Under the pieces are notes generated by a model. That model had not been told where the DNA came from. It did no database searches and worked only from the letters and a program-made list of their open reading frames with translations. From the IMG/VR virus record IMGVR_UViG_3300031800_000001, positions 1 through 64,000 of that record: DNA of 64,000 nucleotides; one strand, 5' to 3'. This document shows, one piece after another, positions 1-9,085 of this stretch; position 1 is the first letter of the stretch; each line of letters opens with the position of its first letter. The DNA is from a virus. The translations under genes and the position numbers were made by a program.

Positions 1-53
1 CACATACCGATACCGACAGCAACAACTACCGAGTAAAAAAATTGGAGGATTAA

Positions 54-263
54 ATGAAAACACTTATTAAAACAACTTGCAAGGCTTGCGAAGAAAACGG
101 GCAGTTTTCCGATGGGCGTGTGGCAACCGTGATGGCCCCACAATCAATCGACCACGGAGAAACCGTCGAGTGGGTTCCTGCCTGTGCGTCTCACTATAAA
201 TCGTGGTGGGATGGAGCGGATTGGAATGGTGGTCACTTAACCAAACTAATTAACGGAGGATAA
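54..263 (+). CDS. small hypothetical protein (CxxC...CxxH)
   Basis: ORF with strong GGAGGA SD upstream. Confidence 0.6.
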   Translation: MKTLIKTTCKACEENGQFSDGRVATVMAPQSIDHGETVEWVPACASHYKSWWDGADWNGGHLTKLINGG

Positions 264-417
264 AATGACAAACAAACAAGCCTTTGAGCTAATCCTAAAC
301 GCAGCAAAAAGTAACAGCACCGAAACTTGCGATATGCCCGACGAACTCCTAGAGGCAATTCAAATTGCAGAAACTTATATGGACTACGACGGAAACATTC
401 GAGAGGACTAAAAAATT

Positions 418-639
418 ATGATTAAAGCAATATACAAAGCAAGAGAAGATGGTGATTGGGATTTTGTCGCAGCGTTTGCGGGAGAAACCATTTGGGACGT
501 TCATCCAGCGGATACCTACGCGCAAGAGTGGGAATTAGAAACTGGTGATGAAGTTATCGTAAAGGATTTTGATGATTTGACTCGCTTGGTTGATGTATTG
601 GAGGACAATAATCACGGTTCCGTCAGATACCTTTGGTGA
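418..639 (+). CDS. small acidic hypothetical protein
   Basis: ORF with GAGGA SD in co-oriented cluster. Confidence 0.6.
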   Translation: MIKAIYKAREDGDWDFVAAFAGETIWDVHPADTYAQEWELETGDEVIVKDFDDLTRLVDVLEDNNHGSVRYLW

Positions 640-778
640 TAATGCCACTGACTCAACCATCGTAACGCATTGGAGAATTAAATGAAAACACTTATTGAAA
701 CAACTTTGATATGTACTAATTGGATTATCATATTCAATGTAGGAAAAGAAATTAACTCTTTAATTTATGGAGGATAAA

Positions 779-964
779 ATGAAAGAATATACTAAAGAAG
801 AAATCAACGATATGCGAGAGCAACTTGCAGACTCCGAATGGGAAGGGCTGAAAGACAGAGACTTACGCGAAGTCCTTTGGGACGGTTGTATAGGCTGGAA
901 GAATATGCCTGACGAAAAGATTGTCGAACAGTTTGTAGAGCTTTACGAATTTGAGTCAAACTAA
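779..964 (+). CDS. hypothetical protein, paralog of 11662..11889
   Basis: GGAGGA SD before ATG 779; shared DMRE.L...LW.GC.GWKN motif. Confidence 0.7.
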   Translation: MKEYTKEEINDMREQLADSEWEGLKDRDLREVLWDGCIGWKNMPDEKIVEQFVELYEFESN

Positions 965-1053
965 AAATGAAACTACGCACACAATATCTCGTCACCTTCC
1001 TGCTCGGATTGGTATGGATTAAATCAATGGTATTATTAGCGCAAGGATAAATT

Positions 1054-1365
1054 ATGAAACTAAAATTCAAAAATCAAGACGGCATTAAATACTCCATCAA
1101 GTTTAAGAAGCCCGATGCGCGTAAGCATGGTCAATGCGCTGGGTTTTGTTATTACCCTCACAACGGTAAAGCGGATATTGAAGTAAGCCCAAGCGAATCA
1201 AATCAAATTATTTTCAACACCGTTATACATGAAGTGACACACGCCTTTTTTGACGACAAGACAGAAACGGAGACAGCTAGATTTGCTGATACATTGAGTC
1301 GCCTTTTGTTTAACAATTTACAATTTAGAAGTTGCAACTTGCAAGAACTAATAAAAGAAAAATGA
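1054..1365 (+). CDS. putative zinc metallopeptidase-like protein
   Basis: HEVTH (HExxH) motif. Confidence 0.55.
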   Translation: MKLKFKNQDGIKYSIKFKKPDARKHGQCAGFCYYPHNGKADIEVSPSESNQIIFNTVIHEVTHAFFDDKTETETARFADTLSRLLFNNLQFRSCNLQELIKEK

Positions 1366-1553
1366 AAAAACTAAAACTAAAAGTAAATGACCCCGTGATG
1401 TGGAGAAAGAGGGAATATCGGTTTATTCGATACCCTATCGGCTCAACAGACAAAGCAGTTATAGTAACCGTTGGCGAAACGCATAGGCATTGGTTTACTG
1501 TTCCTGTAAGTGAATTAGACTTGATTATGGAATTTGATTTTGTAAAGGAATAA
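1362..1553 (+). CDS. hypothetical protein
   Basis: ORF overlapping upstream stop (ATGA). Confidence 0.5.
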   Translation: MKKLKLKVNDPVMWRKREYRFIRYPIGSTDKAVIVTVGETHRHWFTVPVSELDLIMEFDFVKE

Positions 1554-1717
1554 AATGCTGACAGGACAAGCACTAGATATTGTGTTGAGGATGGCTCGAT
1601 TTTTCCCGCACAAAGACAAGCAAGACGAAGAAGCAATTAAAGAAGTAGAATTTCTCCTATCATCCTTTGAGGATACGGGAGGCTACACCGAAGATGATTA
1701 CATGGAGGAGAATTAAA

Positions 1718-1948
1718 ATGACCAAAGAAGAAGTAAGAGAACAAGTCCAAGAGGACATTAGAAGTTACCTTGATTCAGACGTTTGCTGCGGGAGCTTAAC
1801 GCCCCGCGATGAAATAGTAGATGAGCTTTGTCAAATCGTAGTAGACAATTTTAAGAAACTGTCAGATGACGCTTGCGCGGATGCGATACATCCTCGCCAT
1901 TTCACCAAAGGCATTGACCTTCAGAGTGAACGCCGATTGGAGGATTAA
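1718..1948 (+). CDS. hypothetical protein, paralog of 24017..24256
   Basis: GGAGGAG SD; shared REQ.QEDI..YL...LCQIVVDNF.K motif. Confidence 0.7.
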   Translation: MTKEEVREQVQEDIRSYLDSDVCCGSLTPRDEIVDELCQIVVDNFKKLSDDACADAIHPRHFTKGIDLQSERRLED

Positions 1949-2176
1949 ATGAGAAACTACGAACTAATTAAAGCAATCTACGACAGATGTCCCAATATGG
2001 CGAAGTATCCCAAGGAACTTACCATTGACCAGATATTTGACAGGACGCAAGACATCATAGATTTGATTGAATTACATCGCCCCGAAATCGTAAACCCTAC
2101 CGATTTTGTACCTACCTTTGAAAGTTTGAAGGAAGAAATGAGGAAATACCCTCACCAAGATAACCACATGGACTGA
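1949..2176 (+). CDS. hypothetical protein
   Basis: GGAGGA SD, abuts upstream stop. Confidence 0.6.
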   Translation: MRNYELIKAIYDRCPNMAKYPKELTIDQIFDRTQDIIDLIELHRPEIVNPTDFVPTFESLKEEMRKYPHQDNHMD

Positions 2177-2184
2177 TAAAAATT

Positions 2185-3393
2185 ATGAAGCTACCAACAC
2201 TATATAAGAAAACCACAATAGGCAAGACACAAACTTGGCAGATTATCACCGATGGTGACAAATATCGCACCGTCTCTGGTCAACAGGATGGCAAAAAGAT
2301 TCAGAACAAGTGGACGACTTGTAAGCCCAAAAATGTTGGCCGCGCAAACGCAACTACTGGCGATGAACAGGCAATCAAAGAAGCCGTAGCCAAGCACGAC
2401 AAGAAGCTGGAAGGCGGATACCATTTGAACGTGGAGAACATCGACAAGAAAAGATTCTATGAGCCTATGCTTGCACAAGATTTCAAGAACAAAAATCGGC
2501 AGAAAGAAGTAATGACTGAAATTGGTTCAGAAGCAGATAACACAACTGGATATGGTGCTGCCGTGTTCTCTCAACCCAAGCTAGATGGCATACGCTGTAT
2601 CGCTATGCGTGAGGGATTGTTTACTCGTACTGGCAAGCCCATTACTGCTGTACCTCACATCCATGAAGCGTTGGAACCCTTCTTTGAAAAGTATCCTAAT
2701 GCTACTCTTGATGGTGAGTTGTATAACCATGCGTACAAGGACGATTTCAACAAAATCATTCACCTTGTTCGCAAGCAGATTCTTACTGATGAGCATTTGG
2801 CAGAGAGCAAGGAAATGATTCAGTATCACATTTATGATGCTCCCGTGATTGCTGGGGTATTCAAAGGGGATAAGTGTTGGACAGAGAAGGATTTGTTTTC
2901 GGATAGGACTTCCGTACTGGACGCACAGTTTGCCAATTTAGGAATAGATGGTCGCTCACTTCACGGAGAACCCAATCCTCTTGTTATCGTAGAGACTACC
3001 GAAGTAAATAGCAGAGAACATCTTGATGAGTTGTATGCGGATTACGTTGAGGTTGGTTATGAAGGTCAAATGATTCGACTCGACGGGCCTTACGAGAACA
3101 AACGCTCATCCAAACTGCTCAAGCGCAAGGAGTTCGTTGACGAAGAATACACCATTCTTGGTTACGAGGAAGGCAAGGGCAACCGTATTGGAACCATTAA
3201 GCACTTCAAGTTCAAGAACAAAAACGGCAAAGGCTTTAACTCAAACGTCAAAGGCTCGTTTGAATACATGGCGGAACTGCTAGAGAAAGCAGACGAATTG
3301 ATAGGCAAGGAGGCAACAGTTAAGTATTTTAACCTCACGCCTGACGGTGTGCCTCGCTTCCCCTATGTAATTGCAATTAGAGACTATGAGTAA
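2185..3393 (+). CDS. lig: ATP-dependent DNA ligase
   Basis: Motif I KLDGIRC, LDGELY, YEGQMIR, LLKRK, C-terminal PRFP. Confidence 0.95.
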   Translation: MKLPTLYKKTTIGKTQTWQIITDGDKYRTVSGQQDGKKIQNKWTTCKPKNVGRANATTGDEQAIKEAVAKHDKKLEGGYHLNVENIDKKRFYEPMLAQDFKNKNRQKEVMTEIGSEADNTTGYGAAVFSQPKLDGIRCIAMREGLFTRTGKPITAVPHIHEALEPFFEKYPNATLDGELYNHAYKDDFNKIIHLVRKQILTDEHLAESKEMIQYHIYDAPVIAGVFKGDKCWTEKDLFSDRTSVLDAQFANLGIDGRSLHGEPNPLVIVETTEVNSREHLDELYADYVEVGYEGQMIRLDGPYENKRSSKLLKRKEFVDEEYTILGYEEGKGNRIGTIKHFKFKNKNGKGFNSNVKGSFEYMAELLEKADELIGKEATVKYFNLTPDGVPRFPYVIAIRDYE

Positions 3394-3549
3394 TTTAGAA
3401 TTGGTACGAAAGACCCTTGACGCAGCGAGAGAATATGAACTTGAAGCGGAGGTTATGTGGAGTGCGTTAAACGCAGCAGCGGAGGCCAACGAGCATGGTA
3501 AAACTATGGAGCAAGCGTTAACCGAAGCGTTGGACGAATGGGACATTTA

Positions 3550-3753
3550 ATGATTGTTAAAGTTAAACTAGACGATTGGGCGAAGAACAAACTCAAGAAT
3601 CGTATGGGATGGACGATGCTTGCGGGAGGTGCAGACAGCTTGAGTCCGAATGACTTGATTATTTTGAGCTTAATCAGCAAAGAAGATGGAGAGACAATGG
3701 ATTTAACAGAAGAAGCGGGTAAGTTAAAAAAACTTTTCGATAAACACAGTTAA
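3550..3753 (+). CDS. hypothetical protein
   Basis: ORF in co-oriented cluster. Confidence 0.5.
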   Translation: MIVKVKLDDWAKNKLKNRMGWTMLAGGADSLSPNDLIILSLISKEDGETMDLTEEAGKLKKLFDKHS

Positions 3754-3756
3754 TTT

Positions 3757-3960
3757 ATGAACAATAAACAAATAGCAAAACGAATAGCCCTAACAGTAGC
3801 TTGGTTCCTCCTAGTATTATTTGTAGTGACGATACTTATGGGTTGCGCCACAAACAAGGAACACCCCATGTACGACAACCTTCTCTTTGAAAAAGAGTAT
3901 GAAAATTTAGCGTACAAGAGCGTCACGAAGAAAGACTACGAGTGCAAGGAGGAATGTTAA
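3757..3960 (+). CDS. putative small lipoprotein
   Basis: Basic N-terminus, hydrophobic stretch, LMGC lipobox-like. Confidence 0.5.
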   Translation: MNNKQIAKRIALTVAWFLLVLFVVTILMGCATNKEHPMYDNLLFEKEYENLAYKSVTKKDYECKEEC

Positions 3961-4182
3961 ATGAAAAAGCGCATTAAAGAGACACTCGTTCAAGAGATGA
4001 AGAACATTCACGGCGACACGCATGAAGGCTGGTGGACTGACGAACAGGCACTCGACGAAGTATCTGAAAGAGTTTACCGTACAGTTGGAAATTTTCTGGA
4101 GTGGTGGGGCAAGAACCCAAGCATTTCCACGGAGAAATACTGGGGCAAACCGGAGGACGGTGGTACAGGAGGCGCGTGGTAA
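3961..4182 (+). CDS. hypothetical protein
   Basis: AGGAGG SD, abuts upstream stop. Confidence 0.55.
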   Translation: MKKRIKETLVQEMKNIHGDTHEGWWTDEQALDEVSERVYRTVGNFLEWWGKNPSISTEKYWGKPEDGGTGGAW

Positions 4183-4184
4183 TC

Positions 4185-4337
4185 ATGTATTTTCAAGACT
4201 TAATCGAATGTCCCGAATGTGGTTTCCACGTTCACGAATTGACACACGTTCACGATTTGCCAAGAGGCAAGGTTCTAATGTGCGAGGCTTGCCATGAGGA
4301 TTCAGAGGAAGGTTCAAGTGATGACCCCCTTGAGTAA
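4185..4337 (+). CDS. small zinc-finger protein
   Basis: CPEC...CEAC; AGGAGG SD. Confidence 0.55.
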   Translation: MYFQDLIECPECGFHVHELTHVHDLPRGKVLMCEACHEDSEEGSSDDPLE

Positions 4338-4440
4338 GGTTTTAATTTTTAATAAATAAAAAAGATTATAGGTGGACGATATATTGAAAAAAGCATTGAC
4401 TTCACCAAAGAACAGTAGTAAGATGGGACTTGATTAAGCT

Positions 4441-4710
4441 ATGACAGATAAAGAAATACTAGAAACGATATATCGTTGGATACAACAGGCGAATAGTCGA
4501 GACGAAAATCCTGACCACACTCGCCAACGCCTGAAAGACTGCCAAGACTTTATTGAACAAGAATGGCAGAAGCATGACGACCCACAGCAACAATCCAAAG
4601 CACTTGGACAGTTTAGCAAGACTTGGTATGAGGCCGATGCTCGTAGAGAGGATGAGCGGCATCGCGGTTTAGTAATCGGGGAAGATGGAACCGTTGAATC
4701 ACTAGAATGA
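4441..4710 (+). CDS. hypothetical protein
   Basis: ORF downstream of promoter 4396-4424. Confidence 0.55.
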   Translation: MTDKEILETIYRWIQQANSRDENPDHTRQRLKDCQDFIEQEWQKHDDPQQQSKALGQFSKTWYEADARREDERHRGLVIGEDGTVESLE

Positions 4711-4901
4711 AAAATATAACACTAACAGTTAATCACACAGGGCGAGAAATGATGGTGAATTGGGACAATGTAGATTTTGCCAAGGAAAGCAAAAGTGTTT
4801 ACGGTGATGATTATGTTGAGATTCACTTTGGAAAACAATCCATTGACGTAAAAGAAACACTAGAAGAAGTCGAGGCGAAACTAGCGAATTTGGGCCTTTA
4901 G
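4707..4901 (+). CDS. hypothetical protein (FlbD-like small fold possible)
   Basis: VNWDNV...IDVKETLEEV pattern; stop codon lies within the tRNA 5' end. Confidence 0.45.
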   Translation: MKNITLTVNHTGREMMVNWDNVDFAKESKSVYGDDYVEIHFGKQSIDVKETLEEVEAKLANLGL

Positions 4902-4968
4902 CTCAACTGGTTAGAGCAGTACACTCATAATGTATTGGCTGGGGGTTCAAGTCCCTCAAGGCCCACCA
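4892..4968 (+). tRNA. tRNA with CAT anticodon, probably tRNA-Ile2 (alternatively Met)
   Basis: Acceptor GGGCCTT/AAGGCCC-A-CCA, D-arm TAGCTCA..TGGTTAGAGC, anticodon loop CTCATAA, T-loop TTCAAGT; G1-C72 pair argues against initiator. Confidence 0.9.
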
Positions 4969-4995
4969 TTAAATTTTAATAAAATACGGCAAACG

Positions 4996-5820
4996 ATGAA
5001 CGATAGATGTGATTTTAGTAACCTTCCCCCGATGCTCGACAAAAGCGAAACGGAGCAGTTGGGCCAAACCCTTCTCAATGGAACAGACGAGCAGAAGGAT
5101 GAGGCAAAATGTCGGCTCATTGAATCAAACATTCGCCTTGTCATAAAAATGGCAAAAGACTACGCCAATCTTGGAGTAGAAGTCGATGATTTGGTAAATG
5201 AGGGGAATATGGGCCTCATGGTTGCTGCTGAAAAATTTGACCCGAATAGGGGTGCAAAATTCTCAACTTATGCTTCTTTTTGGATTAGACAAAAGATACT
5301 ACGAGCCTTAAACAACAAGAGCAGCCTAATTAGACTTCCCGTTTACCTAAAGCAGAGATACATGAACATTCGTAAGTTCATGGGGAAATATACGGCTGAA
5401 CACGATGATGCGCCAAGCAACGAACTGATAGCTAAAGAGTTCGGCATTACAGTAGCCAAGGTCGAAAAATTATTTGAAATAACTGCTCCAATTTTTAGAC
5501 TCGACTCGTCGGTGGGGGCCGATGGGGAGAACAGCAGGATGCTCCCTTTCATTGAAATTGTGTGTGATATGGAGTCTTTTAGCCCATCACTTCAATTAGA
5601 ACGGAAGGAACAAACTCAAATTTTATCAGAAATGCTTTCAAACCTTCCAGAAAGGGAAGAATATATTATTCGCCATCGTTTTGGCTTGCAGGGGTTGGAG
5701 AAAGAGACTCTTGAAAAAATAGGCGACCACTTTGGCGTAACCCGCGAGAGGATACGGCAAGTTGAGGACACGGCACTCCGCAAATTAGGGTTCATGTATC
5801 GTAGCCGAAAAAAGGATTGA
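4996..5820 (+). CDS. RpoD/RpoS-like sigma-70 factor
   Basis: Region 2 SNIRLV...DLVNEGNMGL...KFDPNRGAKFSTYASFWIRQ; region 4 TLEKIG..FGVTRERIRQVE..ALRKL. Confidence 0.95.
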   Translation: MNDRCDFSNLPPMLDKSETEQLGQTLLNGTDEQKDEAKCRLIESNIRLVIKMAKDYANLGVEVDDLVNEGNMGLMVAAEKFDPNRGAKFSTYASFWIRQKILRALNNKSSLIRLPVYLKQRYMNIRKFMGKYTAEHDDAPSNELIAKEFGITVAKVEKLFEITAPIFRLDSSVGADGENSRMLPFIEIVCDMESFSPSLQLERKEQTQILSEMLSNLPEREEYIIRHRFGLQGLEKETLEKIGDHFGVTRERIRQVEDTALRKLGFMYRSRKKD

Positions 5821-5845
5821 CTCAATTTTAGAATTCGTTTAAGCT
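5817..5845 (+). promoter_or_regulatory. sigma70-type promoter with TAGAAT spacer element
   Basis: TTGACT-N6-TAGAAT-N5-TAAGCT; one of 11 such sites. Confidence 0.7.
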
Positions 5846-5855
5846 TGTTATTGCA

Positions 5856-6239
5856 ATGAATAAAAAGAAAATACATATCAAATGGGAAAAGAACAGCAGA
5901 GTCAATCGCCTCGCGGCGGAAGGCAAAATCAAAGAGGAGGACGTTCTTCCACGAAGCAGAACGGATGAATTTCCAGCAGAGGTAGCTACGGTAAGGATGC
6001 AGAAGTTGAGCGACAAGGTTCCTTATGTTGTCGTCCACATTCGCGGCAAATCAAAGCAACGAAAATTATGGAATGGTCACGATTATGAGTGTGCAATGAC
6101 CTGCCGAGTAACTCTTGCTGGCATTTGGGGTGGACAGCCTTTTGCAATGAGTTCAAATGGTGAGCTTGACGAAGATTATGATTGGCAAGATGTTCACAAT
6201 GTAGTGACCAGAGTAAAAGAAGCGATGGAGCTAAAATAA
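5856..6239 (+). CDS. hypothetical protein
   Basis: 127-aa ORF behind promoter. Confidence 0.65.
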   Translation: MNKKKIHIKWEKNSRVNRLAAEGKIKEEDVLPRSRTDEFPAEVATVRMQKLSDKVPYVVVHIRGKSKQRKLWNGHDYECAMTCRVTLAGIWGGQPFAMSSNGELDEDYDWQDVHNVVTRVKEAMELK

Positions 6240-6475
6240 TGCAAACGAAATACCGTCCACCCAACCAAGCCGAGTCGCACCCGAAGTATTGTGCGCCCTC
6301 CCCGTATGGGGGAAAGCTAGAAAATCTGACCGATTATCCCCCCGAATCCGTATTTCGTCTTGAAAGAAAGCTAGACAGATACAATCACATTATGGAATTG
6401 ATGAGAACTTGCCTTGCGCTATTTACCGTGACGCTCCAGATTGTTATTCTATTGAAACTGTTTAATTTAATATAA
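6239..6475 (+). CDS. hypothetical membrane protein
   Basis: C-terminal hydrophobic helix; TAATG coupling. Confidence 0.55.
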   Translation: MQTKYRPPNQAESHPKYCAPSPYGGKLENLTDYPPESVFRLERKLDRYNHIMELMRTCLALFTVTLQIVILLKLFNLI

Positions 6476-6478
6476 TTT

Positions 6479-6970
6479 ATGAAAAAAGCAAAAATGTTAT
6501 CAGCAGACGGTAGCGAGTTTACCGTGTTTTACCTAGAGCAAGAAAACCCTCACAAGATTGTAGATGATGCAGGGGTTGACATAGATACTGGCAAATATGT
6601 TGCTGGAGGCTTTTGCGTGGACGAGCAGGAAGACAATCCTTTCGGGCTGGACAAGACTTTCGCGGCCTTGGGGGGATGGCCGAAGGTATCTGATTTAGAC
6701 GCCCCAGCGTTTTCTGGCCCGACAGGGCCGAAAGGTCACACAGGCTGGAAAGGTGAGCAGGAGGCTTACGCTGGCGAAGTGATATTACCAGAGGACATGG
6801 TAATGGGCAGACTCTACAAGGTCGAAGGAATAGACATTGTTGCTAGATTCATGGGCGAATACAATGATTTACTTTTCGCCGTGAAACATCACGACACATG
6901 GTTTTACATTCCAATGGACGCGAAAGTACGCAAAATAGGAAAGAGTGAGGTTGACGAGTATTTAAGCTAA
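6479..6970 (+). CDS. hypothetical protein with short collagen-like G-X-Y stretch
   Basis: GPTGPKGHTGWKGEQ. Confidence 0.6.
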   Translation: MKKAKMLSADGSEFTVFYLEQENPHKIVDDAGVDIDTGKYVAGGFCVDEQEDNPFGLDKTFAALGGWPKVSDLDAPAFSGPTGPKGHTGWKGEQEAYAGEVILPEDMVMGRLYKVEGIDIVARFMGEYNDLLFAVKHHDTWFYIPMDAKVRKIGKSEVDEYLS

Positions 6971-6973
6971 TTT

Positions 6974-7043
6974 GTTTGCGGAATAGAGGCGTGAGAGAAC
7001 CGCGCACAGGACTATACTTCATCCTTTCATTAACACCGCGAAC
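6974..7043 (+). ncRNA. unknown three-way-junction RNA motif, copy 1 (5' of guaC)
   Basis: P1-GGAATAGA-P2(loop AGAGAAC)-CA-P3-TTAACACC-P1; same architecture at 13398 and 13476. Confidence 0.75.
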
Positions 7044-7063
7044 TATTTTTTAATTTTTATTAA

Positions 7064-8218
7064 GTGAGGATAGAGAACGACATAAAGCTAGACTACAAGG
7101 ATGTCCTTATGCGCCCAAAGCGTTCTACGCTAGAGTCCCGCAAGGATGTTGACTTGATGCGTGAGTTTATTTTTCCTCATGCTGGGGGGAAGGGTGCTGA
7201 CCCTAAAGCCTATGGATGGAAAGGTGTTCCCATCGTAGCTTCAAATATGGATACGGTTGGAACTTTTGAGATGGCTAAAAAACTTGCCGAATACCGTATG
7301 CTTACTTGCATCAGCAAGCACAATGATATAAAAAGATGGCTACACAAGCTGAATGGTTATGGAGTCTATAAAAACCAAGAGCAAAAAGACGGCACGGTTT
7401 GGGAGCATGACCCAAACTCAAAGTGTTCGCACAATAGAATTTATGAGCATATTTCTCCTTCTATTGGTATTAAGTATGACCCAGAAAAGGCCGATGATAT
7501 AGATTATCTCAATAACATTACATGGAACTTTTATCACACACGTTTCGTGTGTATTGATGCGGCAAATGGATACACAGCAAGATTCTGTGACTTCATAAAA
7601 AGAGTTAGAGAAGAACACCCAGCACTCATTATAATAGCTGGGAATGTTGTCACGGGAGAGATGACAGAACAGTTAATTCTAAATGGAGCAGATATTGTCA
7701 AGGTTGGTGTTGGAAGTGGTTCTGTTTGCACTACTCGCATTCAGACTGGTGTTGGTTATCCCCAATTTAGCGCGGTGGTCGAGTGTGCCGATGCCGCTCA
7801 TGGCGTTGGCGGGTATATTATGGCTGATGGCGGTTGTACCTGTGCTGGAGACGTTGCCAAGGCTTTTGGTGGAGGTGCTGATTTTGTCATGCTTGGCGGG
7901 ATGCTGGCTGGACATACGGAGTGCGAAGGACAGGAGGAAGAAATAGGAGGCATCAAATACAAAACCTTCTACGGTATGAGTTCCAAGGATGCTATGGAAA
8001 AACACAGCGGCGGCGTAGCCAAATATAGGAGCGCGGAGGGCAAAACGGTGAGGGTCAAGCACAGGGGGCTTGTTAAAAACACGTTAGAGAGCATCCTCGG
8101 CGGCTTACGGTCTGCCTGTACCTATATTGGAGCGAGAAGGCTAAAGGATATGCCCAAGTGCGCTACTTTTGTGAGAGTAACGCAGCAGTCGAATGAGATT
8201 TACGGAAAGAATACATGA
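7064..8218 (+). CDS. guaC: GMP reductase
   Basis: [69 protein letters not shown]. Confidence 0.95.
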   Translation: MRIENDIKLDYKDVLMRPKRSTLESRKDVDLMREFIFPHAGGKGADPKAYGWKGVPIVASNMDTVGTFEMAKKLAEYRMLTCISKHNDIKRWLHKLNGYGVYKNQEQKDGTVWEHDPNSKCSHNRIYEHISPSIGIKYDPEKADDIDYLNNITWNFYHTRFVCIDAANGYTARFCDFIKRVREEHPALIIIAGNVVTGEMTEQLILNGADIVKVGVGSGSVCTTRIQTGVGYPQFSAVVECADAAHGVGGYIMADGGCTCAGDVAKAFGGGADFVMLGGMLAGHTECEGQEEEIGGIKYKTFYGMSSKDAMEKHSGGVAKYRSAEGKTVRVKHRGLVKNTLESILGGLRSACTYIGARRLKDMPKCATFVRVTQQSNEIYGKNT

Positions 8219-8433
8219 GGGAGCTTTTTGAGTTAAAGGATAAATACTGGATTTCATGTTCCCCATTGGCTCGCGCTAAAAATGAGTGTTGGGTAGTATC
8301 TGTTTACAAAAAGCAGAAAGTCTCTTGGATAACGCAGGAGTGTAATAGTTTCCCCACACCAGAACAGGCTTACAAATGGGGCTTTGATAAAATTAAACAA
8401 ATAAATGCCAAATATGACAATAAAAGTAGATAA
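8215..8433 (+). CDS. hypothetical protein
   Basis: ATGA overlap with guaC. Confidence 0.5.
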   Translation: MRELFELKDKYWISCSPLARAKNECWVVSVYKKQKVSWITQECNSFPTPEQAYKWGFDKIKQINAKYDNKSR

Positions 8434-8593
8434 CTCACTAGAAAAATCAGTCAAGGAAATACTGTCGGAGTACGAGGACGCCCAAATAAACCTCGCGTCA
8501 GACTTTACGCAGACTCTATTAGCGAAAAAGATTTGCAATAAGATTCGTGAACGCTATCATGTCTTTAGAATCAATGAACTGGAGAAAAAATGA
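8414..8593 (+). CDS. hypothetical protein
   Basis: ORF in overlapping chain. Confidence 0.45.
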   Translation: MTIKVDNSLEKSVKEILSEYEDAQINLASDFTQTLLAKKICNKIRERYHVFRINELEKK

Positions 8594-8817
8594 CCGCACT
8601 CGACTTTGATAAGCCAGAAATAAGGGTCAAGCTCATTTACAAGGCTTGCAAATACTTTACAGTAAAGGCGCACACACGCGAGGAAGCGCACAAGGCGGCG
8701 TATAATTCCTTTATGGATATGGCACAAAACAACATTTTTGATGGGTCAGAAATAGAGGACTTTTTTATTGAGACAAGTATCGACGGGCCAGATGGGGGAG
8801 ATATGCTACATGGATGA
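8590..8817 (+). CDS. hypothetical protein (V.A...EEA small phage family)
   Basis: FTVKAHTREEAHKAA; GGAG SD. Confidence 0.55.
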   Translation: MTALDFDKPEIRVKLIYKACKYFTVKAHTREEAHKAAYNSFMDMAQNNIFDGSEIEDFFIETSIDGPDGGDMLHG

Positions 8818-9027
8818 TGAAATAAAATACAACGCCCCCCAACACACCGGAAAGTGGGAAGATGGTGAATATGAGGCTTTCCTTCAGAGGTTTCGATGGC
8901 AACAAGAACACGGCGAGTCGCATGAAGATTACGGGGATAACAACTCTTTCCCCCGAAGGGAACACTAGCAGTTCATGCAGTTCTATTTATTAGAATTTAG
9001 AAAACCGTAATTACGCAAAAAAAGTAG

Positions 9028-9056
9028 TTGACTCACTTTTAGAATTGGTTTATCAT
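9028..9056 (+). promoter_or_regulatory. TAGAAT-class sigma70 promoter for rIIA
   Basis: TTGACT-N6-TAGAAT-N5-TATCAT. Confidence 0.7.
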
Positions 9057-9085
9057 AGTATTTCAGTCAAACAGAAAAACCTACT

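Noticed and set aside
4930-4995. ORF-track start of the sigma factor at 4930
   Set aside because: It overlaps the tRNA; ATG 4996 is more plausible
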